Positions 17,124 through 23,998 of a stretch of 52,665 nucleotides of DNA are shown here, piece by piece; within the stretch, counting starts at the first letter, position 1; each line of letters starts with the position of its first letter. Below the pieces are notes generated by a model, which had not been told where the DNA came from, did not search any database, and saw only the letters and a program-made list of their open reading frames with translations. A program made the position numbers and the translations under genes. Source of the DNA: a virus (Duplodnaviria > Heunggongvirae > Uroviricota > Caudoviricetes); IMG/VR virus record IMGVR_UViG_3300036856_000037; one strand, given 5' to 3'.

Positions 17124-17275
17124 CGGGGGTTTTCATCCGTGACGCGCCAGGTGCCATCGTCGTCCACCGCGATGGTCGCGCCGTACTTCCACAGCAGCCC
17201 ACCGTGACGGACCCAGCCGCCGTCTTTCTTCAGCTCCTTGGCGAACCTGCCCACTGTCATGTCGTCGCCTGACAT
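17120..17275 (-). CDS. hypothetical protein
   Basis: GAGGAG RBS. Confidence 0.55.
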   Translation of the reverse strand: MSGDDMTVGRFAKELKKDGGWVRHGGLLWKYGATIAVDDDGTWRVTDENPR

Positions 17276-17643
17276 GGCGTCCCCTCCTCGAGGTACTTTC
17301 CCTCCATCGGCGTCCGCGCGAACCACATGTCCGCCGGATCATGACAGTGCTGTACCCCCGACACGATGAATACCGCGCGCCGACCAGATTGCATCCGCAG
17401 CACAAATTCGTCATAGAGGTCGGGCCGCGGCGTGGTCCAGCCGTGTAAGCGGCGCTGTCCGTCCTCCACGCCGTCATAGACGATGTTGTCGCCCAGGGTG
17501 TTGTGGTCCGCCACCACCCATCGCCGGCCGGGGGGAGGTATCGGCAACTCAGGTTCCATGCGCCGCTGGAACTCCTCATAGCCCGCCGTCCAGCCAGCCA
17601 CGGCGCCAGCACACAGCGCCTTGGCCACCTCTTTGACGTCCAC
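17257..17643 (-). CDS. hypothetical protein
   Basis: TAGTG coupling to the methyltransferase gene. Confidence 0.65.
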   Translation of the reverse strand: MDVKEVAKALCAGAVAGWTAGYEEFQRRMEPELPIPPPGRRWVVADHNTLGDNIVYDGVEDGQRRLHGWTTPRPDLYDEFVLRMQSGRRAVFIVSGVQHCHDPADMWFARTPMEGKYLEEGTPCQATT

Positions 17644-18431
17644 TACCGTTCCTTCCGCCAGTACACGCCTGCCCAGTCGATGACCCGCAGCGGTTCTGAG
17701 ATACAGCACAGGTCACGGTACTCATCCACCGCGCGCCGACATGCATCAAAGCAGTGGTAGTCGTCCACGATGAGGTAGCCACCCACCGACAGCCGTGGGT
17801 AGAGGTACTCCAGCGACGTCATCGTGGACTCATAGAAGTCGCCGTCCAACCGCACCACCGCCAGCGGTGTCGTGCGCAATCGTGGGAGGGTGTCTTTGAA
17901 CCACCCCTTGACGAAGGTGACACCGTCACTGAGGCCGTAGCGGTCCAGGTTGGCCTGCACGCGCTCGAGCGACACCGCAATGCCATCGAAGTCCCAGTCG
18001 TTGAACGCCACGTCGTGCTCATGCTCACCCACCGGCATCCCCTCAAAGGAATCGGCGGCAAACACCACGCGGTTACTGATGCCGCGCGCTTTGAGGATGG
18101 CGCGCATGAGGATGAGACACCCGCCGCGCCAGACGCCCGTCTCGATGAAGTCGCCCGGGACGTCGTTGTCCAGCACGCGCTCCACGCAGAGCTGTAAATT
18201 GTCCAGCCGCTTCTGTCCCACCATGGTCAGCGCGAGCATGGGAACGTGGTCCTTGCCCACTGCGCGGTCGGCGGGGTCGACATCCGTGGTCAGCCGTGTC
18301 CCGTCAGGCAGAAAGCGTTGGAGCAACTTCTCCCTTCTGCTGGAGGGAAGCCAGATGTCGCCGTCGTGGTGCTCATACAGGGAGCAGGTCAGCGACTTCT
18401 TGACGGTGGCGATGTAGAGGTCGGGGTCCAT
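17643..18431 (-). CDS. TylF/MycF/NovP-family (macrocin-type) sugar O-methyltransferase
   Basis: TMVGQKRLDNL, VPGDFIETGVWRGG, ADSFEG, FVKGWFKDTL, VRLDGDFYEST, IVDDY. Confidence 0.93.
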   Translation of the reverse strand: MDPDLYIATVKKSLTCSLYEHHDGDIWLPSSRREKLLQRFLPDGTRLTTDVDPADRAVGKDHVPMLALTMVGQKRLDNLQLCVERVLDNDVPGDFIETGVWRGGCLILMRAILKARGISNRVVFAADSFEGMPVGEHEHDVAFNDWDFDGIAVSLERVQANLDRYGLSDGVTFVKGWFKDTLPRLRTTPLAVVRLDGDFYESTMTSLEYLYPRLSVGGYLIVDDYHCFDACRRAVDEYRDLCCISEPLRVIDWAGVYWRKER

Positions 18432-18435
18432 GGTT

Positions 18436-19371
18436 CTAGGCTCCCACCCTGACCCTGGGCGGCAAGTGGGCGGGGCGCTGTCCGGTGTGCACGTTGGCCA
18501 GGTTGAGGAAGCCGACTTCATCCGTGGTCAGCGCGAGTAATTGCGCCAGGTGGACATCACGCATCGGCAACACACCGTGGCGTGTCGTGGGATGCACACA
18601 CAGCGTGCCGCCACGCTGGCCATCAGGACGTATCCACTCGATGTTCCCCATGGTGCCGCGCTTGATCCGGTAGTGGCCACCGGCGGACCCCATCACCTCA
18701 AACTCTCCGTGTAGCCGGTAGGACTCCAACTGCCGTGCATCGAGCAGGGACAGCAACAGCTCCTCGGCTCTGCGTTCAGCGGCATTCGGGGTGTGGGCCT
18801 GACGCTCTCGCTCTATCCACTGGTTGCGGCCAATCCACTCCAGGCGCTCAGCTTCACGCTCCCGCCGTAGCTCCTCCTGGTTGCGACGCACGGCACGTCT
18901 GACGTTTTCTTCGACAGAGATAGGCCCTTGGACGGGGCTTGTTGCGTCCTCCATACTGCGGAGTGGTTGCTGCTGGGCATCCCAGTCATACAGCCCAGCC
19001 TCATGCTGGTGGATGTTGTGGATATTGATGTTATTGGTCGTGCCGTAGGCGGTGGCATAGGTCCACGTTGGCCAGGTAATCATGGTGGTGGTGGAAGTGG
19101 TGTAGTTGTAGGTCGGCACGGTGTAGCTCGTGGTGCCGCCGCTCCACATCAAATTGCTGGTGTACTGGTACCACATTGGGCGCTCAGTGATCCCCGAGTC
19201 ATCAATGCGCCCCAGGTCGACCCAGCCATTGTCGAATGTAAGGGCGCTACCCAAGACAGGAGGACTCGCCGTCCCATCAATAGCTAAGACGGTCTCGCCC
19301 TCCTGCGGACCTTCAGGCCCCGTGGTGACGGTGAGGGCGCCGTCCACGCCCTCACCGTCAGGCTCGGTCAC
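18436..19371 (-). CDS. hypothetical protein, C-terminal domain with LCVHP motif; partner of the di-Gly protein
   Basis: starts on the base after the upstream stop; AEELL..LL..Q...FEV.GS.G.HYRI...LCVHP...D.HLAQLLAL..DE..FL..AN. Confidence 0.75.
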   Translation of the reverse strand: MTEPDGEGVDGALTVTTGPEGPQEGETVLAIDGTASPPVLGSALTFDNGWVDLGRIDDSGITERPMWYQYTSNLMWSGGTTSYTVPTYNYTTSTTTMITWPTWTYATAYGTTNNINIHNIHQHEAGLYDWDAQQQPLRSMEDATSPVQGPISVEENVRRAVRRNQEELRREREAERLEWIGRNQWIERERQAHTPNAAERRAEELLLSLLDARQLESYRLHGEFEVMGSAGGHYRIKRGTMGNIEWIRPDGQRGGTLCVHPTTRHGVLPMRDVHLAQLLALTTDEVGFLNLANVHTGQRPAHLPPRVRVGA

Positions 19372-19641
19372 CTAGCCGCCAACGGGCGCTGGCGCGCAGA
19401 TGATCTTCTCCGCGTCAGGGTCGAACGTCCTGATCTGCTCACCCTTGGTGCCATCCCGCTTGATGCGGTAAGCGAAGTACTTCTTGATCTTTGTCGCTTC
19501 CTCGAAAGCGCGCCGCGCGATGCCGACCTCGTCGGGGTTGTTCCTGTTCCAGGAAATCTGCGTGTCTCCCGTGCTGTCCATGATGTGCAGCGTGGCGACT
19601 TCGGTGTCTTCCTGGGTGGGTTGTTCTGCGACGGACGTCAT
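19372..19641 (-). CDS. small protein ending in di-glycine (ubiquitin/ThiS-like candidate)
   Basis: 89 aa ending ...APAPVGG-stop. Confidence 0.7.
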   Translation of the reverse strand: MTSVAEQPTQEDTEVATLHIMDSTGDTQISWNRNNPDEVGIARRAFEEATKIKKYFAYRIKRDGTKGEQIRTFDPDAEKIICAPAPVGG

Positions 19642-19743
19642 TGATTCCCCTTCTTCTCAAGCGGCTTGCTGCCGCATCTCGGGGGAGCGGCGACGTACAC
19701 TTCGTAGCCTACGAATCAGTTTTTGTCGCCGGTCCCTACTGCC

Positions 19744-19765
19744 AGTATATGCCAGCGGCCTACCG
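19744..19765 (-). promoter_or_regulatory. partial dyad promoter of the leftward operon
   Basis: CGGTAG-GCCGC-TGGCA-TATACT. Confidence 0.5.
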
Positions 19766-19869
19766 TTACAAAGGCCACGCGCCTGGCTTGTTCATAGGGT
19801 GTTTTCCCTGGTCAAAAACGTCTAGCGCCCGACGCCGGTACCGCGTATAGTGTTGCCAGTACTGCAAAT

Positions 19870-19943
19870 GCCACCGTGGCTGAATGGTTCAAGGCACCGC
19901 CCTGCAAAGGCGGATTTTACTGGTTCGAATCCAGTCGGGGGCT
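19870..19943 (+). tRNA. tRNA-Cys(GCA)
   Basis: CCGCC-CTGCAAA-GGCGG; U73. Confidence 0.92.
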
Positions 19944-20017
19944 CAGGTAGCCGGGGTTCGTTAGGTACCCGTCATTGAGGCCAGCCCAGGGCCAAGAAGC
20001 TACTCGACTGGGCACAT

Positions 20018-20093
20018 GGTGGTTGTGGCCGAGACGGTTTTAGGCACCGGTTTGTGAAGCCGGACTACACGGGTTCGAGTCCCGTCGATCACC
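20018..20093 (+). tRNA. tRNA-His(GTG)
   Basis: G-1, C73; CCGGT-TTGTGAA-GCCGG. Confidence 0.92.
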
Positions 20094-20171
20094 CGACCGG
20101 GGTTAGGCATAGCCCTCATTGAGAGAAGACCTTCGGGTCGCCCCGCTCAAGATGTCACAAAGGGGGCACAG

Positions 20172-20242
20172 GCGTTTGTAGCTCAGTGGTAGAGCATCGG
20201 TTTTCCAAACCGACAACTGGGGTTCGATTCCCCGCAGACGCT
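20172..20242 (+). tRNA. tRNA-Gly(TCC)
   Basis: TCGGT-TTTCCAA-ACCGA. Confidence 0.92.
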
Positions 20243-20298
20243 CGGATTGGCGTCAAGACTTGACCTGATAGCAATTTGGTCGTCGGCGTCGATCTCAC

Positions 20299-20372
20299 GG
20301 GGTTATAGCTCAGCTTGGTAGAGCGCTTCCTCCGCAAGGAAGAGGTCCAGGGTTCGATTCCCTGTAGCTCCA
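20299..20372 (+). tRNA. tRNA-Ala(CGC), C33
   Basis: G3:U70; CTTCC-TCCGCAA-GGAAG. Confidence 0.9.
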
Positions 20373-20383
20373 CTGCCGCCACG

Positions 20384-20410
20384 ATGCGTCGTGCGGTCTT
20401 TGTGCTTTGA
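20384..20410 (+). CDS. candidate leader peptide MRRAVFVL (Ala/Phe/Val codons)
   Basis: ATG CGT CGT GCG GTC TTT GTG CTT TGA ahead of Ala, Met, Phe and Val tRNAs; no SD. Confidence 0.5.
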   Translation: MRRAVFVL

Positions 20411-20423
20411 CAACTACAAAAAT

Positions 20424-20504
20424 GGGCTTGGGACAGTTTCGACCTCGTGACGAAATCCGCACGCGGAACCATGAGGGACGCCGGGGCAGCACCGGCCAGG
20501 TCCA
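20424..20504 (+). ncRNA. tmRNA tRNA-like domain without an mRNA-like domain (mini-tmRNA)
   Basis: GGGCTTG/CAGGTCC-A acceptor with G3:U70; GTTTCGAC D-loop mimic; CTCGTG/CATGAG helix; GGAC-GCCGG-loop-CCGGC T arm. Confidence 0.75.
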
Positions 20505-20578
20505 CGATCAGAGGGTCGGGCTTTCCTGCCCGATTGTTGATGCCTTCCCCGGCTCATTTCCTGACCCTCTGATCTCAA

Positions 20579-20651
20579 GGGCTTATAGCTCAGATGGTAG
20601 AGCGCCGCCTCGGCAGGGCGGAGGTCCGGGGTTCAATTCCCCGTTGGTCCA
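20579..20651 (+). tRNA. tRNA-Ala(GGC), C33
   Basis: G3:U70; CCGCC-TCGGCAG-GGCGG. Confidence 0.9.
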
Positions 20652-20733
20652 CAAGCTGGGTTGGGCAGTTCCTAGGCGTGTTCAAAGCTGTCACGGTGCG
20701 CAGGTTTCCAATGCCGTTTCCTGCGCATCACCT

Positions 20734-20806
20734 GGGGCCGTAGCTCAGTTGGTAGAGCGCCGCACTTGCACTGCGGAGGTCGCGAGTTCAACTCTCGCCT
20801 GCTCCA
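20734..20806 (+). tRNA. tRNA-Ala(TGC)
   Basis: G3:U70; CCGCA-CTTGCAC-TGCGG. Confidence 0.92.
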
Positions 20807-20945
20807 CGTTGCGCCGTAGCGCCGACAGACCCATCAGGGAGGGGCACCACCTGACACGTCTGCAAACGAGCCGTGCAGAGCGGTGACCAGGGTTGATCGC
20901 CTGGTCGACGGCGCTTCATACTTGGGGAATAGCGGTTCCCCACAA

Positions 20946-21019
20946 CGCGCGGTGGGGCAGTTCGGTAGCCCGCTGGGCTCATAATCCAGAGGTCGTCGGT
21001 TCAAATCCGACCCGCGCCA
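20946..21019 (+). tRNA. initiator-type tRNA-Met(CAT)
   Basis: C1.C72 mismatch; CTGGG-CTCATAA-TCCAG. Confidence 0.88.
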
Positions 21020-21031
21020 CGAAGTAGTAAT

Positions 21032-21104
21032 GCCTTGATAGCTCAGTTGGTAGAGCGTCCGCCTGAAAAGCGGAAGGCCCTAGGTTCAATTCCTAGTCTT
21101 GGCA
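21032..21104 (+). tRNA. tRNA-Phe(GAA)
   Basis: TCCGC-CTGAAAA-GCGGA. Confidence 0.9.
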
Positions 21105-21218
21105 CAACCGAAGGTCAACTTGCCTCGTGTTAGCAATGAGCTATCCGGCCTTCGGCCATGCTGGTCACCCTGGAGCCGGGGCTATAAAGCAGATTGGCCA
21201 TCTGTGCGGCCAGCACCC

Positions 21219-21291
21219 GTCTCGTTAGCTCAGCTGGTAGAGCGCCGCCTCCACACGGCGGATGTCCGCGGTTCGAACCCGTGACGAGGCA
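21219..21291 (+). tRNA. tRNA-Val(CAC), C33
   Basis: CCGCC-TCCACAC-GGCGG. Confidence 0.9.
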
Positions 21292-21357
21292 CGTGTCAGG
21301 GACCAGTTCGCGCCTGGTTAAAAGCGCGGGGAAGACAAGAATGGTGAGGTCAGCAAC

Positions 21358-21387
21358 ATGACGTTCGTTTTCCCACCGTCCTGGTAG
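21358..21387 (+). CDS. candidate leader peptide MTFVFPPSW before tRNA-Val(GAC)
   Basis: GAGGT SD; GTT at codon 4. Confidence 0.5.
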   Translation: MTFVFPPSW

Positions 21388-21450
21388 CTCAGTTGGTAGA
21401 GCGCTTGCCCGACATGCAAGAGGCCGGAGGTTCGAAACCTCCTCGGGACA
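21378..21450 (+). tRNA. tRNA-Val(GAC), C33
   Basis: CTTGC-CCGACAT-GCAAG. Confidence 0.9.
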
Positions 21451-21591
21451 CGTCGGTCGATCAACGACATGCTCGTCGGCAAGGACTTTCTCGGTCGACC
21501 GACTTAAGCACGTCCTCCCAGAGCTGAGCAGAGTCAGACTGGCCCGAAAGGGGCGGCGGGGTTCCGCCCCACTACAACGAAAGGAACGACC

Positions 21592-21618
21592 ATGCGAAAG
21601 CAGATCACGCCCCGATAA
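21592..21618 (+). CDS. leader peptide MRKQITPR before tRNA-Lys(CTT)
   Basis: AAGGA SD; AAG at codon 3; 5' region homologous to the 43613 leader. Confidence 0.65.
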   Translation: MRKQITPR

Positions 21619-21621
21619 CAC

Positions 21622-21694
21622 GCGCCCGTAGCTGAGCCAGGTTTAGCTCCGTCCTCTTAAGTCGGAGACGCGGGTTCGAATCCCGCCGGGCGTA
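21622..21694 (+). tRNA. tRNA-Lys(CTT)
   Basis: CCGTC-CTCTTAA-GTCGG. Confidence 0.88.
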
Positions 21695-21869
21695 CGAGGG
21701 AAGTCAAGACGTATTTCGTCGTCAATACTCGCGATGACTTTCCGTAGGAAGTCAATAAATGCCACGCACCGCAATAGCGGGCTCGGCTTCCCGGTCAATG
21801 TAGTAAGCGAAGGCAAAGTTCACACCGGCCAAAAGATCATGTCGTAGCAAAAGACGTACCGGCCCGGTG

Positions 21870-22082
21870 TTACTTCCTCGGATGAAAGACCCATTCCCCG
21901 GGGTCATCGGGGTCTAGGACATCGACGGTGACGTGGTTGTCGGCGATGCCCTTGGTCCCGTAGTTGAAGGTCAGCCGGGTGCGGTCGTCTTCCAGGGGCT
22001 CAACTTCCCTGACGATGGCGTACCCGATACGCATACGGATTCTGTCCCCCGGCTTGAGCTCATCCGCGCGCTTGAGAGGCAT
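21870..22082 (-). CDS. small beta-rich hypothetical protein
   Basis: ADELKPGDRI... 70 aa ORF. Confidence 0.7.
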   Translation of the reverse strand: MPLKRADELKPGDRIRMRIGYAIVREVEPLEDDRTRLTFNYGTKGIADNHVTVDVLDPDDPGEWVFHPRK

Positions 22083-22147
22083 CGTACTGCCACCCTAATC
22101 TCGGGGAGTCAAAAGTTCCGGCGCGAGCAATTCACGACGCGGCTCTC

Positions 22148-22390
22148 CTAGCACGGCGGCTTGGGTGGCGCATTGCGACACTCCTCGTCGTGTGCTGTGA
22201 CCACCCGCTGACACAAGTCCACCATCTTGGTGTTGCTGGTCTGACTGACCCGCACCATGATAGCGAATGCTTCATCAGAAGTGACCGAAAAGCGTTCCAT
22301 CAGAACGCCTTTCGCCGTCGCGATCACGTCGCGCGTTTCAAGCGCCCGCTGTAGCTGGGCGCAGCGTGCGCACTCAGCCACATACCCCAT
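22148..22390 (-). CDS. stand-alone ANTAR-domain RNA-binding protein
   Basis: LQRALETRDVIATAKGVLMERF..T.DEAF..MV..SQ.SN.K. Confidence 0.88.
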   Translation of the reverse strand: MGYVAECARCAQLQRALETRDVIATAKGVLMERFSVTSDEAFAIMVRVSQTSNTKMVDLCQRVVTAHDEECRNAPPKPPC

Positions 22391-22481
22391 GCTAACCGGG
22401 CATGGTGCCTATTTTGGGCAGTGACACAAGGAAGAAGGAGGTGGCTCTCATGGCGATATAGCCAATGAGAGGAGGCCATAG

Positions 22482-22670
22482 GTGGCCGACAAGATCGCGA
22501 AAAAGCTGCCCAAGAGGGTCAGCCGGGGCAAGGGCGCCTGGGTTGCACTCGCTCGGGGACGGGACAGCAAGAACCGTGTCCTGGTCAACCGCAATGCCCG
22601 CCAGGGAATCAACTTTCCCGACCTGGGGCACGTGGGTAGCGCCGCATACCGCCGTCGTAGGCCCCGCTAG
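22482..22670 (+). CDS. small basic protein
   Basis: GAGGAGG RBS; Lys/Arg-rich. Confidence 0.6.
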   Translation: MADKIAKKLPKRVSRGKGAWVALARGRDSKNRVLVNRNARQGINFPDLGHVGSAAYRRRRPR

Positions 22671-22711
22671 TGGGGTGGCGCAAGGTGGTGCACAACCTCA
22701 CCGGCAGGTGC

Positions 22712-22888
22712 ATGTGTCACACGCTGATCTTCAGCAAGGCTGAGGTGCGGGTGGAACTGGGTTACGACTGCGATGGAGAGTCCTTCGCCGGCGCCGCCCT
22801 GTACAAGTTCGGAGAGCTGGTTGAGGTAGCAGAAGCTGACGACGTGGTCAGCAAGGTGGCCGGGTGGATTGAATACCACCGGCCTTAG
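22712..22888 (+). CDS. hypothetical protein
   Basis: AGGTG SD before ATG 22712. Confidence 0.55.
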   Translation: MCHTLIFSKAEVRVELGYDCDGESFAGAALYKFGELVEVAEADDVVSKVAGWIEYHRP

Positions 22889-22901
22889 ACAAGGTGGAAA
22901 G

Positions 22902-22997
22902 ATGTACAAGACGGACGCGGACGCGCGGCCACTCGCCGCGCACCCGCCGTCTCCATGCCGCAGTAGCTTGTTGTTGGAATCAGCACCGACCTCGTAA
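22902..22997 (+). CDS. candidate leader ORF before tRNA-Thr(CGT)
   Basis: AAGGTGG SD; ACG at codon 4; runs into the tRNA. Confidence 0.5.
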   Translation: MYKTDADARPLAAHPPSPCRSSLLLESAPTS

Positions 22998-23032
22998 GTC
23001 GGAGAGCGTAGGTTCAATTCCTACCTGTGGCT
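22957..23032 (+). tRNA. tRNA-Thr(CGT)
   Basis: CCGAC-CTCGTAA-GTCGG. Confidence 0.9.
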
Positions 23033-23200
23033 CGCAGTGACCGCCCGTAAACCGTAGCCAACCGGGACGGACAGGTGCAGGGGTATCACAGCCGCGCGCC
23101 CAAGGCCAGTATGCAAGTTCCTCTGGTCGGGCGGTCACTCATTAACTGGTGGACGGCAATATTCAAGCCGTCAGCAAGGCACCGCGCGTCGTCCACTCAT

Positions 23201-23277
23201 GCCGATGTAGCTCCAATGGTTAGAGCGGCGCCATGGTAAGGCGCAGGCTTCGGGTTCGAGTCCCGACTTCGGCTCCA
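23201..23277 (+). tRNA. tRNA-Thr(GGT)
   Basis: GCGCC-ATGGTAA-GGCGC; encoded CCA. Confidence 0.92.
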
Positions 23278-23365
23278 GCTCTCGGACACCGACAAATCCA
23301 CAGGTGCTGGCTATTGAAGCTTCGTCGCCTGTCCGAGAGCATAAACGAGAGAGAACGGAGCACCC

Positions 23366-23560
23366 ATGATCAAGGCTGAGATCGACGGACGCAATATCGA
23401 GGTCGACTGCCATGAGCACGACACCAACCGGCTCATCAAGTGCGAAAACTGTGGCGACTCCCTGCGCGGCGTCCCCTGTGAGCCCGATGACCAGTGGGTG
23501 CGCCGGGTCGCCGACTGGATAACAGAGCACGTGCGTACAGCACATCCCACGTCCGCTTGA
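23366..23560 (+). CDS. small Zn-binding-like protein between Thr tRNAs
   Basis: GGAG RBS; CENC. Confidence 0.7.
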   Translation: MIKAEIDGRNIEVDCHEHDTNRLIKCENCGDSLRGVPCEPDDQWVRRVADWITEHVRTAHPTSA

Positions 23561-23628
23561 AATGTGCGGAACGGAGCCGGTGGTCCCGTGGACCCAGCCG
23601 CCGGGCATGCGTGCGGCAACCATCACTC

Positions 23629-23701
23629 GCCTTCATAGCTCAGTTGGCAGAGCACTCGCCTTGTAAGCGAGATGTCGAGGGTTCGATCCCTTCTGGAGGC
23701 T
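23629..23701 (+). tRNA. tRNA-Thr(TGT)
   Basis: CTCGC-CTTGTAA-GCGAG. Confidence 0.92.
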
Positions 23702-23719
23702 CTGGTGACACTACCTACC

Positions 23720-23745
23720 GATGCGCCAGTCGCCTGGCCTATAAT
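23720..23745 (+). promoter_or_regulatory. dyad promoter, copy 2
   Basis: GATGCGCCAG-TCGCC-TGGCC-TATAAT. Confidence 0.75.
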
Positions 23746-23766
23746 GGCGGTGGCTGTACCGGGTAA

Positions 23767-23998
23767 GTCGCGGATTACTTCGCACCGGCTATGGCCACCC
23801 GCACTACCTATCGGCCAACTGGAAACCCAGCCGAGGCTCGAGCAGTAGTGCAACCACCGTCCTAGCGGCTGAATCTCTTCTCGTAGTTGGCGACGGCGGT
23901 GGAGCACCCGGGGTCGCAAGCCCACTGCGGTATGCGGTTTAAGCCCACCGGCCGGTGGTGCGTCCCTACTAGCGCCGAGGCGGCGGCTAATCCGCAAC
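23767..23998 (+). ncRNA. candidate structured ncRNA or long 5' leader
   Basis: gap after promoter copy 2, closed by GTCGCGGATTA/TAATCCGCAAC; internal hairpins. Confidence 0.4.

Noticed and set aside
19850-20020. Cognate-codon leaders for Cys, His, Trp, Asp, Gly(GCC), Arg(TCT) and Arg(CCT)
   Set aside because: No start-containing ORF with the cognate codon directly upstream of the individual tRNA; the leader pattern is not universal.
20152-20181. MSQRGHRRL before tRNA-Gly(TCC)
   Set aside because: A single wobble-cognate GGG and no SD; compatible with chance.
20424-21400. Full-length or permuted tmRNA gene
   Set aside because: The 5' and 3' TLD halves are in standard order only about 20 nt apart, with no tag ORF between them.
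20155-21621. 60-160 aa ORFs overlapping tRNA genes (e.g. 20407..20886, 21130..21621)
   Set aside because: They run through several tRNAs and have no protein-like features.
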